A stretch of DNA of 64,000 nucleotides from the human T2T-CHM13v2.0 reference genome, Homo sapiens, in the NCBI RefSeq assembly GCF_009914755.1, contig NC_060942.1; one strand, written 5' to 3'. The notes beneath the pieces are model-generated. The model saw nothing but the letters and a program-made list of their open reading frames with translations. It was not told where the DNA came from and searched no databases. The position numbers were made by a program, and so were the translations under genes. Of this stretch, positions 30,623-63,873 are shown one piece after another. Position 1 is the first letter of the stretch. Every line of letters begins with the position of its first letter.

Positions 30623-30983
30623 TGCTATGGTCTGAATGTCTGTGCTCCTCTAAAACTCATATGTTGAAACCTAATTACCAATGTATAAATAGTAAGACAG
30701 GGGGCCTATAGGAGGTGAGTTGGTCACAGGGGCAGAGTCCTCATGAATAGGGTTACTACGCTTATCAAGGAGGCCCAGGAAGCTTGTCTGCTGCCTCCAT
30801 CGTGAGGCTGCAGCAAGAAGGCGCCATCTTTGAAACAGAGAGCAGCCCTTGCCAGACACCAAACCTGCCAGTATCTTAATCTTGAACTTCCCAGCCTCCA
30901 GAACTGTGAGCAATAAATTTCTATTGTTTATAAATTACCCAGTCTAGGGTATTTTGTTATAGCAGCCTGAAAGGACTGAGGTA
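30623..30983 (+). mobile_element. MaLR solo LTR (MLT1A/MST-type)
   Basis: tgctatggtctgaatg start; 5-bp TSD ttact. Confidence 0.88.
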
Positions 30984-31079
30984 TTACTTATTGAAGTTTT
31001 TTTTTAGCTAATTAGGAAGAAAGGTTTTGCTAAGTAAAATACTTTTATAAAACAGAATTTCCAGAATATTTCAAGGACT

Positions 31080-31280
31080 CAAATACATATTTACTGATCC
31101 CCTGTTATGCGTCAGAGGGTCTGGTGATATGAAGATGAGTAAGACAAGAATAATTTCTGTTTTCAGAAAGCTTACTTTTTAGTGGAAGAGAAAGATACAT
31201 TGGTTATTATAAAATAATGTGGGAAGTACCTGAAGGACAAATACACAGGGCATTACAGGAGCACCAGGGCGATACCCAGT
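31080..31280 (-). mobile_element. L2 fragment
   Basis: atatttactga...gatatgaagatgagtaagaca...agcttactttttagtgga. Confidence 0.55.
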
Positions 31281-31651
31281 TCAGCTTGAACAACAAATTA
31301 GGCCTGGAACAACAGATGGTTGGGCAGTTCCCTCATGTTCATTATCTTGGGACTTTGCCAGCAGTGTACATTTCAAAATACAAATACGTTTCTCTTTCAT
31401 CCTGAACATAGGCTGAGAAGCTGGTTTTCTGACAAGATTTTCAACCTTTCAAATATATGTTATTGTATTACAATACAACTGACTTGTTTTCCTAGCTCCT
31501 TTAGTTTTTCCTAAATCTTTATACAATGAGTATCCTCACACATCATTATAGAGTTGGGTTGAGAGAGGTAGATCAAGTCTCAGACTGAAAGGCCCATTAA
31601 AAGAAAACAACAGATAAGTAGTTTCCAAGAGTCCTGTTGAAAGCCAGCCAG

Positions 31652-31990
31652 GAGCTGGGTGGGTGGCTCATGCCTGTAATTCTGGCATTTTGGGAGGCAG
31701 AAGTGGGGGGATTGCTTGAGGCCAGGAGTTTGAGATCAGCCTGGGCAACACAGTGAGAATCTATCTCTATAAAATTTTTTAAAAATTAGCCAGGCATGGT
31801 GGTGCACACCTGTAGTGACAGCTCCTCATGAGGCTGAGGTGGGAGGATCACTTGGGCCCAGGACGTCCAGGCTACAGTGAGCTATGATCCCATCACTGCA
31901 CTCCAGCCTGGGTCACAGGGCAAGACTCTGCCAAAAGAAAGAAAAGAAAACCAAAGAAAGGAGGGAAGAAAAAGAAAGAAAGAGAGAGAG
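31652..31990 (+). mobile_element. AluJ with GA-rich tail
   Basis: J motifs. Confidence 0.88.
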
Positions 31991-32682
31991 AGAACACCAA
32001 TCAGGAAGCTAGAAGGAGAACCAAATTTGAGAATTGAAATCTGAAAGTTTGTGCCATTGAGCAGTGGCACGGGATGTCATTGTTCCTTAGTTGCTGGCAT
32101 TTTTCCTAGGAAAATCTGATAAACTGTGAGTATGTCCACAAGGAGAAAAGTGAATAAGATGATCCAACTAAGACTTTCTTACTGAAAACTACCCCTGCTC
32201 CCACTGCTGCTGAGACATACCTTGTTTACCTGTCACCAGGGCAAAGACCTAATTGTGCTTGGGGGTCAACACTCAGGTGAGTCTGCAGTGGCACTAACAG
32301 GGGCAAATGTCAAGGAGATTTACTTTTCCACTGCCAAGTTGTTTGCACTCATAATATGAAGAAGCAAAGGAAACCCATTTATGGGTTTTACAGAAACCCG
32401 TTAATGAATTTCCTAACTTGCCCATAAAGGCAAGCGATAAGCTAGTCAGTCATTTGACAGGGGTCAGGCAGGAGGAGCAGACTGGAGCTGTGAGTGAGAG
32501 AGTGGACACAGTGAAGATATCCCCAGTCTGATGACAACTGTTATTTTCCAGACTCCATTTCATTAAAAAAATGATTCCCCTAGGGAAAAACTCACTACTC
32601 TTTGACACCACTAGTTTGGTGCATTTAGTAAATGCACTTAACATGATTTATAGTAGATGTTAAATCTAATTAAGAAATTATT

Positions 32683-34797
<2,115 letters not shown>

Positions 34798-35087
34798 ATA
34801 GTGTGCGAAAAAGAGTGTCCATTATTTATTTTATGTATTCATCGTGTATTTCACTTTAGCCCATTCAACTGTAATAAGATTATAAAATGTGTTTCTTTGG
34901 CAGCTAAAGGGTTTGCCCCTGTAAATCCTAAGAGAAAGTGCCTGTCAAACAGGCTTAAGAATACAAATAGGTGGGGGTTTCTAGCGGCCTATACGTTATA
35001 AGCCTTGTTTTAATGCTGTATGTTAATGAGAATAACAAAATCATAAAGAATATAAATCCCCAATGTACCTGTATCTATGGACCTTGA

Positions 35088-35266
<179 letters not shown>

Positions 35267-35283
35267 TAGTTAGAATTATTTTC

Positions 35284-35357
35284 TTTTTTTATTTAAAAAG
35301 AATTTTTGTGGGTATATAGTAGATGTATATATTCATAGGATACATGAGATGTTTTGA
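35284..35357 (-). mobile_element. ~70-bp L1MA-type 3' tip
   Basis: Perfect 14-bp TSD ttagaattattttc at 35270-35283 and 35358-35371. Confidence 0.8.
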
Positions 35358-35721
35358 TTAGAATTATTTTCAATCCCCTGAGGATCAGCAACATTCCAGG
35401 ATCATCTTGGAGAAGAGGGACCAAGTTAGAGACATGAAAGCACCTCCACACAGAGCTTGGTATTTTCAGAAAGAAAAAGAACGTCATGGGCCTAGAGCTA
35501 AGGACAGTGTTATATCTACCCAGGAGTTTTCTTGGTTTTGTGCTGTGCAGGGACTTCTGGACTCAGCTGGAATCACCTAGCTCTCCTGCATGTTCTGGTT
35601 TGGGGTGTGGAACGTCAAGGTTATACAAGTGAAGCTGGCAGAGAAGAAAACAACAAGGTCTGCACACACAAAGCAACCCCAGCCCCAGGGGACGGGTGTG
35701 GCACGTGGTGGCATTACTTAC

Positions 35722-36143
35722 TGTCTTCGGGCAGGTTGTTTTCCCGTTCTTCCCGCTCCATCTGTTGACACCACCCCTCCATGCGGTCTCGCTCTGCCTG
35801 GAGAAGCTTCAGGAACCAGTGGCCATCCCGGTGGCACACTGACCTTTGCACGGCCTCCAGAGGGTCTTCAGTGATAGAGTCAATCCAGGGGTCCGGAGGA
35901 GGCAGAATAGAGGGGTCAAAATCCGTGTCAAAGTCATCATCGGCGGCACAGGCATGGTAATGGTTTCCTGAGCCCTGAATGCTGACTGTGGAGGTGCTGG
36001 CATCGCGGGAGAACTGTCTGGCCATGGGGCCAGGACACGAATTGTCCTCTATAGATTCCAGAGAATTTTCCAGATTATCATGGAAGTCCAGGTCGGCCTG
36101 TACTGCTGTCGTCACACTGTTGGATCGAGTGAACCTGCGGAAG
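35722..36143 (-). CDS. DLGAP1: DLGAP1 422-nt coding exon ((C)FRRFTRSNSVTTAVQAD...RDGHWFLKLLQAERDRMEGWC...NLPED)
   Basis: Overlaps ORF 35714..36115. Donor GACA|gtaagt at 35720-35721; acceptor tcccaag|C at 36144-36145, preceded by a polypyrimidine tract and ctaac branch motif (36171-36175). Confidence 0.95.
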
Positions 36144-36175
36144 CTTGGGAGAATAGAAAAAAGAAATTTAGTTAG

Positions 36176-36670
<495 letters not shown>

Positions 36671-36953
36671 TGAGGCAAGCATATTGATTGTCATAGCTTC
36701 AATGTGAAGAGCACGAATCTCATTTTTGCTCAATATGGAATATTAAAGCATATCAAGAGAAATTTTATAGGTGGAAAAGTGCTGAACTATTAAAGCCAGT
36801 AGAATGTGCAGCTCTGTCATCCATTACCTGAAGTGTCCAACTTCCTCCCCAAATCTGGGGTGACTTAAGTCCTGAAATTCAGGTTGGTGATGAGTAAGGA
36901 AACTATTCACTACTATCTTAGTCGGGGTAATTTGCTTAGAAATAGGGAAAAAG

Positions 36954-38053
<1,100 letters not shown>

Positions 38054-38599
38054 AAACTGAGGTTTCAATAATTACCTCTTAAAATTAAAACTCATTTGCC
38101 TGGTAAAGGTTTACCTTTCTCTTAGTCATACAGGTACAAAGCCTTGGGCGCAAACATCAGCTTATAGTTCTCTATTAGGGTTCTGTATTTCTGCCCTCTC
38201 CTGTGCCTTTAATTTTCTTTTCACAGTTCTAGCGAGGTGATGAAAGACACCTTGTTCACAGATTAAGGCTGAGCATTTTACATGGATGTCCATGAGATCA
38301 GTGTTTCTCAACCAAAGCGCCCTATATATCTCTGGCTGAACCCTGCGATGAAGGGGAGAACATGGGGAAGGTGGGAGGGGAGAGACACGAGGAGAGAAGC
38401 AAGGAACTCTTTCTCAGATGAGGGGCAAGGAAGGCGTGGGCCTGATGTCATTTAAGACATACAAAAAGAGCTTTGCTGCCTCTGGAGAAGACAGGAAACA
38501 ATGACGGAATATAAGTCCACTGAAGATAGCACCATGTGTCTGTTACGATGCCCTGTATGTCTTTTTTTTTTAAAGTCGCTTCCTGGCCTAATAGTTTAC

Positions 38600-39370
38600 T
38601 TATTTTTTATTATGATAAAATATACATAACATACAATTTACCAGCTGAACCATTATTAAATGTACAGTTCAATGGCATTCAATACTTAATATATTCACAT
38701 TGCATGTGCAACCATCGCCACCATCCATGTCAACTTTCTCATCTTTTCCAACTGAAACTGTGCACCCATGAAATGCTAACTCTCCATTTCCTCCTCCCCC
38801 TGGCCCCAGGCAGCCATCATTCCACTTTCTGTGTCTATGAGTCTGACTACTCTAGGTACCTCTTATTGGTGGAATCATGTAGTATTTATTTGTCTTTTTG
38901 TGACTGGCTTTTTAAATTCAACAGAACATCTTCAAAGTTTCATCCATGTTGTAACATATGTCAGAATTTCCTTCCTTTTTAAGGCTGAATAGTATTCCCA
39001 TTGTATGTATTTACCATATTTTGCTTACCCGTTCTTCCACTGATGGCCACTTAAGTTGCTTTCACCTTTTGGCTATTGTGAATAATGCTGCTATGAACAT
39101 GGGTATACAGATAACTCTTTGAGTCACTGATTTCAATTATTTTGAATATATATCCCGAGGTAGAACTACTGAGTCACATGGTAATTCTGTTTTTAATTTT
39201 TTGAGGAACAACCCTAATATTTTCCATAGTGGCTACACCATTTTGCATTCCCATCAACAGTGCACCAGGATTCCTATTTCTCCACATTCTCATCAACATT
39301 TGTTATTTTCTGTTTTTTGACAGAATGTGTGTTCTGTGATTTCTGTGTTTTTGAATGTGTGAGGTGGTAC
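38600..39370 (-). mobile_element. L1 (L1MB-type) 3' end
   Basis: ttaaggctgaatagtattcc, ttggctattgtgaataatgctgctatgaacat. Confidence 0.88.
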
Positions 39371-41712
39371 ATTTCTTTGAGTAGCTCATGATTGTGCCAT
39401 TTTAAGATAGTTTGTTGGCCAGTTGATTTTCAACTGTTTCATATTCAGTAGTGCCAGCCTTAAACAATAGTGCACTAAACAATATTTATACAACACTAAA
39501 TACACCAGATTATGTGGGATTTTAAAAAACTATCCTGGACTATGCTCTTGAAGCCAATAAAAACTAATATTCTAGTCCATCAAAAATAAAGAATGACCAG
39601 AACAATACAGACAAGTAGTTATTTGCAAGACTGTAGAAAGACTAAGAGTCACAAAAAGGAAGAGTCATCTCAATAAATCAATTTTTTCTCTAGAGAATAA
39701 AAGTCAAGAAAAAAAGTGGCTAAGGTATTGATCTGTGTCAGTTATTAAGATGGCCAAAATGACCAAATACGTTGTGATTCTGGCCATCCATTTTACGAAG
39801 ATAAACTAGCCAAAGTTGACCCATTTGCTGTTTTCAAAAAATCAATTCTGATGAAGTTATCCAACCCAGTCACTTTTGTAAGCTCTTAACTCTCAAATGA
39901 GCCAAAAAAAAAAAAGAAAGAAAAAGAAAAAAAAAATCACATAGTGTGAAAATCTGAATGCAATGTTACAAGTCTCTTGTGCTAGCAATGAAAGAAAGAA
40001 CAATTTTGCGAAAGTGGTTCTTCCAACAACCACTCATTTCTTGGCTGCAGTAGGCTATTTCTGCATTCTTCCCGTTCATCCCCAAAATGTTAACTGTCAT
40101 CTGAAGCTAAGCTTTCTCTCCAGCTGCATATGTGTGAATTGGATGACTCTCCTTGCAAACAGTTGACATTTTGGCTGTTCTGCTAACATGAAATCCCAAC
40201 TATGAAAACATTAGCCTCCACGCTCCAAGATCCTGTATTGCCAGAGGCATTACATTTCCAAACTTAAAGAAGTACTAGTCCCTCATTGTTTTCAATCAGA
40301 GCAAACTGCCACAGCCAGAATCTGTTCCACATATAAAACAGAATGACCTACTTTCCTGTGCCTCTGTTTTTATCTACACAGAACTGTACTACCCGCATTC
40401 CTAACAGCCATCTCCTGGCTATGGATCTTGCAAAGGATCCACCTTCTTAGAAAAATTACTTGGCAGTAGATTAATAGAAGTTTGCAGTTTGCAGTGTAGT
40501 CACTCAGAAAGAAAAGTTAAGTAAAATTAAAATGGTTTGGGATTAAAAGCGGCGCCTTTGAACTCAGGCAGCCCTGTCCAACCTGCTAGTTTCTATCAAT
40601 TAAGTTCCTTAAGCAAGTGCTTTCTTCTACTCAGAGCTTTCAAAGAATGTTCTGCTCTACAAAATGATTTATGTCTTTCATAAGCAAAGTTCCTTTTGGG
40701 TGAAGAGTGCAGTCAAGTTGTTATTGTTTTTCTGCAATTTTGATAGGAACACAAAATGAGGTCCCTAGATTAATTTCTTTATTTTTTGAAAGAATTGATC
40801 AGTTCCTCGTTGATGATATCAACCCAAAAGCTGAACCCAGTGGCTTGCTGTTTCCCAACCCACAGTTTTCAATCTTGAAGCTTCCTTGGCTCTTCATGCC
40901 CCTGCAGGCACAGTGTGTAATAATTACAACTTCTGAAAAATGCTGGCCAATATTCTGGCCCAAGAAGCAGAAAACCATGAAAGCAAAGACTGGATCAACC
41001 AGTATGGAACACAATACTCTGTCTGTTCTGAATAGCCAGAAGAAAGTCACTTGTTAGCATTCACTTCTGCTGTTGCTTTATGTTCCTTCTATGAAACAAG
41101 TTTATATTTCTAACTAGAGGAGTTTCTACCCTCTCCCACTTCCTACAACTTTTCTGTACAGCAAGTTACAAATCAAAACATATATGGGTAAACTGAAGAG
41201 GTTCCATTCTTGTCCCCCTGTCTGATAGAGTTGCAGTTAAACAAAAGAAATTGTGCACAAAAACTAAGCACAGTCATTATCTTTATGACATCCATGCTTT
41301 GGAACTACAAGACACTCAACTGATGAGACTCAAGTCATGAACTTATTTTTAGGAGAGTAGCTTAGTCTTTCCATCATAGAATCCCCTGGCCTCTGCTTAG
41401 CGTCTTTATCCCTCTCATTCACATAATGGCTGCTTTTCAAGGCTAAGTCCAGTTTCAAAGAGAGCAATGCTAGCACTCTGCTATTCTTTCTTTCTTTGTA
41501 CATGCCTTTAGACATTTTAAACTAAGCCTTCTGTCAAGGCTGAATATATGTGGGATCTGAAATGCTACTCCTAGAAAGTGCAACCATCTTGGTATTTTAT
41601 GAAATGGCACCCTTTCACTGATGTAAAAACCAAGATGTCTCATTACATAAAATAAAAGACAGATCAAAATAAGGCACGGGCGTGAGGAGACCGAGATCAA
41701 GAATTCAAGCTT

Positions 41713-42025
41713 GGCTGGGTGCAGTGGCTCACGTCTGTAGTCCCAGCACTTCGGGAAGCCAAGGCGGGCAGATCACTTGAGGCCAGGAGTTCGAGACCAG
41801 CCTGGGCAACATGGCAAAATCCCGTCTCCACTAAAAATACAAAAATTAGCCTGACATGGTGGTACGTGGCTATAGTCCCAGCTACTCGGGAGGCTAAGGC
41901 ACGAGAATGGCTTGAAGAACCCGGGAGGCAGAGGCTGCAGTAAGCCGAGATTGCACCACTGCACTCCAGTTTGGGCAACAGAGTGAGGCCCTGTGTCAAA
42001 AAAAAAAAAAAAAAAAAAAAAAAAA
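41713..42025 (+). mobile_element. Alu
   Basis: TSD aattcaagct. Confidence 0.9.
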
Positions 42026-42749
42026 TTCAAGCTCCCCCAAAAGAGGTTTACTTAGGTTTACTAATTTGGATCAGCTTCCAAATTAGAATCATGCATGGGA
42101 GGGCGCAGGCATAAGCATCCCTTGTGCAAAAATTCAGGTGGGAGGAACCCTCCTACCCTCCATTTATATACGGTTAGCACTGTCCTATCACCAGATTTTA
42201 AAACTATCTCAAGACAAACATCCATCTGTTATTTCAAATCCTCTATGTTCATCATTCCTTTGCTTAAATACATCATGCTTGAAGATGTCTTTAAAGTAAA
42301 GGAAAATAGGATAGGCTTTCTATAAAAAAATTTTCTCTACCCCAAATAATTGTGATGTTTTTCTCAAATAAAATAAAGGGAGGAAATAGAAAATAATGAG
42401 AGTGGACGTGTTGTCATCTGGTAACTTCTGAGAGGGCCCAGCATGCTGCCAGCCTCTTTTTAGCACCAGCTGGGCAGGTGCTAATACCTTTGATGGGCTG
42501 TCACTATAGGAACCCTGGTTAGGAGTCTCAACAAAACATCCTTGAACTGAATGTGCCCCCAGAAGGAACTGCTTTACCTCCGCAACTGGAAGGTTAGGTC
42601 ACTCCTTGGCTACTGACCCGAGGTAACTAACAAAGCATGAGCAGTCTCACTAACAATTATGTTTTACTGAGTCTTGTCAAATGGAGGCTGTAGGCTTGTA
42701 AGTCCGATGGTTTTCTTTCTGCACACTAAGTTATTTTGAAAAATACATA

Positions 42750-42842
42750 AAAAGGAAGAAAGAGAGAGAGAAAGAGAAGGAGGGAGGGATGGCAGAAAGA
42801 AAGAAGAAGGGAAAGAAAAGGAAAAGAAAAGAAAAAAGGAAG
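42750..42842. repeat. GA-rich low-complexity tract
   Basis: Almost purine-only run. Confidence 0.85.
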
Positions 42843-44687
42843 CTGTGAGGCTTATCAGGAGTTATGCCAAGTTTCAGGCTTTTGAAATTTGAAACGCCTG
42901 AATGCCACGCCTTTAAAACTCAGGTGTACAGTAAGGAACTATTTGGCTAGGTCATGATATTGTTAACTTGGCAAAGAAAAGAGATTACTTTTCAAGTGCA
43001 ATTTCAAGGGTGGGTACTGGGCTGTGAGGTACTCCAAGGAAACTTTGAAGAGTGGGGACTGATCCAAAGCTCCTGGGTTGACAAAGAAGCAATGTTTTTT
43101 GATTGCCAAAGGTCTTTCCAAGTCTGTGGTCCCTGAACTGGCTGTCAGATGTTGCCTCAATTTTGGCTTTATGTTTTAATATCCTGCTTAGTTGAAAAGG
43201 CACAAATCACTACAAGCCCTAAAGTTTACATATTTAAGTCCCTTGCGATCAAAAGAGATCTTTTATAGTAGCTGACATTGTGCTATAAGAGAAAACAATG
43301 CTACCTTTCCACTTGCTTGTTCCACCCAGTTACGAAGGCTGTGAGCTTTGATGTGTGAAGCAAGGAAGATTTTAAAAACTCAGAATTGGGTCACTTCTGG
43401 AAATGCAAATGGAAACAGAGGCAATATTGGTGGAAAAAAAAAAAGGGGTAACAGTCCTATTCACTGAGGCATTTGTTTCTAGAGACGAGGAGTGGCTCTC
43501 ATAATATGTCACCGGGGCTTTCCTTCAACACCTCTGACTCAGTCTGTGCATTCACAGATCTACTGGAATGGTAGGTGCCATTCACAGGCATATTTAATGC
43601 CAGCATTTTTTCTCTTTCACATTAAGTATGTCCTGGAGGTCTAAATGTTACGTGTAATGTATAAAAGGTATACTAGGAGAGAAGGAGGTTGCTCCACCAA
43701 CAGAAGATCAGAAAGAGCAGAAACTTTTATGCAAATCATCAAAATACGCATCTGCTCCCATTTCCACCCCACTGACGTAAATGAAAAGATCCTGGCTTTC
43801 CCTTTAGGTATACACACCTCTGAACACACAAAGCTTGCTCTAGACATTCACTATTAGTCAATTTCACCTGTTTATTAAAAATTGATAAGGCTGGAGAGTT
43901 GATGAGGCAGAAAAAGAGGCCACAGAGTAGTTTGCCATCCCTTTTTCTAGGAAAAGTGTTCTCTTCTGATTTTCTGGATGCTGAAGGAAAAGAGTTCTCG
44001 CAGCAACACTGAATTCCACTTGGATGATCTCTAAAGATTTCAGACAGTGGATAAATCATTTGTAAAGGCACAGATGAAAATATTAAGTATACATACACCA
44101 GAAAAATAACATCCTGGAATTCGCTTTCCAGAACATTGTTATGAGACCAGTAGCTTCTTTGCATACCCCCAAGAATGACAGTTGTCACTTGTCAGTTTGA
44201 CACTGTCAGTAAGGAACTAAGGAGTATACAATTGCAAAGTTTCTGCCTCCCCTTAACACTTTCAGTTGTGAAGATGGGCGATGATTGCTTTATAAATTAT
44301 TACAAATTACATCAGAAATATCTCACTTTAGGAAACGTAGCCGAGTTGGAATGGAGGCAGGAAGCCAGAACCTGTACCACACACTTATTCACACTTATCT
44401 CTTGTTTCTGAAGTGGAGATTATGACAGCAATATAGCTACCTGGGAACTATAGTAATAAGCAGAAAGGCAAAATCCAGGACATAGGTCCTAAACTTCAAC
44501 TAGGAGTCTCTATCTATATGTAACACAACCCTAAAGTTGAGGAAACACTGATGGTGTTGAATCAGAGAACTTACACCAAAAAATGTTATTGTTGTTAATA
44601 GTAGTCAACTCCCAAATTTTAGAGACAGAGAGGTAAAGCGACTTTCAATCTGGATCTCTAAACTAGAATACTCTTTTGTTCCCATGA

Positions 44688-44980
<293 letters not shown>

Positions 44981-45059
44981 CCATGACTCCAATATTTTTC
45001 CAATACATTCCAAGACCTTCAAAGCCAGAGAGTAGTGCTAAATAACAGGGCTTGCCTTA

Positions 45060-51149
<6,090 letters not shown>

Positions 51150-51309
51150 TCTTTTTCTTACACACACACATACATGCACTTCCGGTCTGTCCCTGTATTT
51201 TTCCATTCCCCTGATATAGCTGTATTATTAATTTGGATAACTATATTCAGAACTTGTTTTTTATGACTATATTGTTATGACCAGGAAATATCATTCACAA
51301 CTGAATATG

Positions 51310-52668
<1,359 letters not shown>

Positions 52669-52744
52669 TTATATATATATATATGCTTTTTTTCTGAAAT
52701 TTATCTTCCAAGTCCTTTTGAATTTTTCAGTTCTGCTACTATTT

Positions 52745-53645
<901 letters not shown>

Positions 53646-55030
53646 AAGAGCACTTTTCACTTCTGCCCCTTCCCTCATCTCTTCCAGGTGGATAAGAAGA
53701 TTCTTTGAGGAAGACCTTGACAACTTCCACATCCCTCATGGATGCTTCTTTACTCACCTTTCCTCTCTTTTCTCTCAAAAATAACTTTTTAATTTTCTGA
53801 ATGTTCCTGAACAATTTTTGTTTCTAGTTTTCTGGCTCTTGTCTTATCTCCCTGAGTTTGCTGATCCTTGTCTTCTCATTCTTGAGAAGCACACTAAACC
53901 CAGCTTAGAAGTCTATGCTTTTGGGAAGAGCTTATCCTCTCTAATCCTCACTGTAGGGTGATCTGGCTGGGCTTTCATCTTGCAAAATCCCGGATGTCAG
54001 CATCTTCTGGTCTTTGGGCTCAGAAGGGTCAGCCCTCCACAATGGACTCTGCCACACTGCCATGTAGAGGGTTCTGTGCCTTGCTGTCGGGACCCTGGGG
54101 GCTGAGCGAGCCTAAGAAGGCTCAGGGCAGTGTGCCTCAACACTGTTTGTATATCTTCACTTAATCCTCCTATTTTCAGTATAGTCACCCTGCTCTCAAC
54201 TATGCTGGTCTCCTCCAGGCCAGAGACCCTTAGTTTTAGCCTCTGAAGAAGAGACACCCTCAGTCTCTGTCAGGGTAAGGAAGGACTGTCACTTGGCTCC
54301 GCAGATTCAAGGACTTTTTAGCTCCATCTTCATCCCCGCTTTCAGAGCGCCCAATGCCACCCATCCACATGCATTTTGTGGGTTCTTAAATTTAAATGGG
54401 ATTACATCTTGGATTCCTGCACTACTGGCTTTCGATTCAGCTTTCTCTGGTCTGCCAAATCGGTTGTCACTTCCATATCTGCTTTCTAGCTTGCTAAATT
54501 TTGCTGTTTTTTTTTCTCTCTTGTTCTCTTCCTCCTTGGGAGTTAATGCCAAAACAAACAAAAATTCCTTTTATTGTCATTTAGTTTCAGAAGGCCTCCA
54601 AGATACATGTGTATCCTTTTTTTTCACCATCTTTAAACAGAAATCATCTAAAAGTAATGTTGATAATCCGGCAGAAGGAGAAAGGGGCAGAAATTATGGT
54701 CCTCCTATGAATTTGAGTATTGTGCATTCATTAAAAGAGGTGTTTGCTATGAATTTTCAATAGTAAAAAGAAAACTTTTTAAATAATGTTTGTTGATTTT
54801 AAAGATGTTGTAAGACTATACATAGGATTATTCCACCAACTCTTTAAATGTTCGTGGAAAAAGTGTGGGTAAAAATATACTTATTTATTTGTTCATGGTT
54901 AATGGATAGGATTATGGGCGACTTTATTTTATTTCTGTAATTTATACATTTTTACAATGTAAATACTACTTTGTTTTTCTTATCATTAATTGCATTGTTC
55001 AATAATATGTAATTACTGTGGAAAAGGTAG

Positions 55031-55415
<385 letters not shown>

Positions 55416-57049
55416 TAAAAACTGTTAATATGTTAAGATATGTTTTCTTCCAAGTAAATTTGCATACTACTTTTGTAATGAAAACAGTAATATTCTTCCT
55501 CTTTGTGTCCACTGCTGGAGTCTTAGAGTCACTAATGGGCTAATGTAAGAAAGTCTAGTTTGAAGCCACTGTTAAAATAGAATTGTTATTTGGAAGGAAA
55601 TGGGAGATTCCTGGGAACCTCTTAGCTTTCTCACCTAAGTCAACAGAAAGGATTGGCTTACTAGATTTGCTAATTATCAGCCTGAAAGACAAAAGGACCT
55701 CATACAAATTCCTGGGGACCATCAAAAGGATGAGAGACAATTGGGACATGATGCTGGAGACTTCTGCATGGGGCCACTGGCGGAGGTGAGTGCCCCTTGG
55801 GGAGATGTTGCCAAGATTTGCCTGCTTTACTTAGGATCAGTCCTGCATATCAGCAAACACATGCTATGTGTGTCCTATAGAGCGGTACCACTAGCTGACC
55901 TGTGAAACAGGAATTGGGGGAAAACAGCTAATGTTTGATGAAGATGATGGGTTTCTGCACTGGCTTGAGAGGAGCAGTCTCCTTTCAAAACGACATACGC
56001 ATTCATTATCCCTGGCTTCCTGCTGCCACGGCATTTAAACTAGTGATCTTCAGACAGCATTCCTCTGTCCACGGTCCTCACCGCGAGGCAGCCCCAGAGA
56101 ATGGACAATGTGCATTTGCGATCCATGGCATTTTGAGAATGTCATGGTGGCCTGCAAATGTAACAGGGATATTTGTGATGCTCCATTTCAACTCCTGTTA
56201 TTGAAGCAGATAGGGCTACCTGGTGCATTTTAGTTTTTACTAATGAGTTTTTAACTTCTTTTTGTTTTGATTTGGAACACTGAAAACCACACTAAATTTA
56301 GAAGTCTACTCCTTAATAGATCAATCAGTTAGGTGGGCCTTGCTGGGTTAGTTTTTGTTCCTAAATTATAATTGATTCAAAAGGAAATGAGTCCCTTGGC
56401 CTCTTACAAGGTCTTTTAATCATTTCTTTGCACTATCTCTTTCTCAGCTCAATTTTCTTTCTTTTTCTCACTTTTTGTTAGGTTGCTGTCTTTTATCAGT
56501 CTGTTTATTTGAAAAAGGAAGAGATAAGTTGTTAACTGGCCATTCAGTGTGAAAACAACAGCCTCACCTTTATCACCAGATAATTAAAAAAAAAATACCC
56601 CTCAGCTGTCATTAAGTAATCCCATCTGCCCGATATTGCTTTTTAAGATCCTATCTAAATGAATTACAACCAGCAAAATCATAAAAGAATTAAGTTAGAG
56701 ACAGAAGGTATTGGTAATCCCTTCTTCCTGTTTGACAATGGATTTCTTTTGGAGAGGTTGAAAACAATCATTAACATCAATTTCAATGCTTATTTACTTT
56801 ACAGTGGTTAACTATAAAGTGACCTTTGAAGAAGGGTATGTTTTGGAAAGCTAAGTACTAAAATTGGCCTGCCAACCGTTTTGGGGATGAGTTTTAAATA
56901 TTTTACTCAGTTTACTGAGGAACTGACCATTCTACAAACTTCAATAATTCAAATAAAGTTCAACTTTAAAAAATAATGATAAAAATGGCTCGTATAAAGT
57001 TTTTTAGGTTGCTACTAGGTATGACCAAACAATGCAATATTTAGCATTA

Positions 57050-57380
<331 letters not shown>

Positions 57381-57659
57381 TAAAAACCTGGAAAGATAGA
57401 CTGGCTGATTGCAGGAGAAATGTTTGAAGTAAAGTAAAGGAGACGACTTTCTCCTCCTTTTTTTTGAAGAAAAGGCAGCATAATTATTATCTTGAAACTT
57501 CTTTCTTTAGAGAGATTCTATTTGAGTGCTTAATAGACTAGGAAACACGCAGAGCATTGTATATATCAGGTATTGCTCTAAAAGTTTTACATGTATTAAA
57601 CAAAACACCCCAGGACAACACACTGAGGTTAATGCTATAGTCCGCTTTCCTCCAACCCC

Positions 57660-63260
<5,601 letters not shown>

Positions 63261-63321
63261 ACTTCTTTCAATTTTTTTCGTTTTTGAGTGTTTTTATAGT
63301 GACTAAGCCTCGCTATGTTGC

Positions 63322-63483
63322 TATTAGTCCGTTTTAACGCTGCTGATAAAGACATACCTGATACTGCGCAATTTACAAAAGAAAGAGGTTTATGGGACTT
63401 ACAGTTCCATGTGGCTGGGGAGGCCCCACAATCATGGCATAAGGTGAAAAGCACATGTCACATGGTGGCAGACAGGAGAAGAG
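63322..63483 (-). mobile_element. THE1 LTR 3' half
   Basis: tattagtccgttttaacgctgctgataaagacatacc. Confidence 0.88.
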
Positions 63484-63486
63484 GGT

Positions 63487-63790
<304 letters not shown>

Positions 63791-63873
63791 TATATCTGTG
63801 TGGCCACAGTTACCCAAGTGGCTGTGGTGGAAGGATTGCTTAGGGCCAGGAGTTCAAGTCCATCCTGGGCAAC

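Noticed and set aside
35714-35721. ORF-track extension (..EDSK*) past the exon
   Set aside because: A strong gtaagt donor at 35721 and phase match to the next exon show this is intronic
54293-54763. 156-aa plus-strand ORF
   Set aside because: Non-ATG start, no recognisable domain, lies in probable old L1-derived sequence
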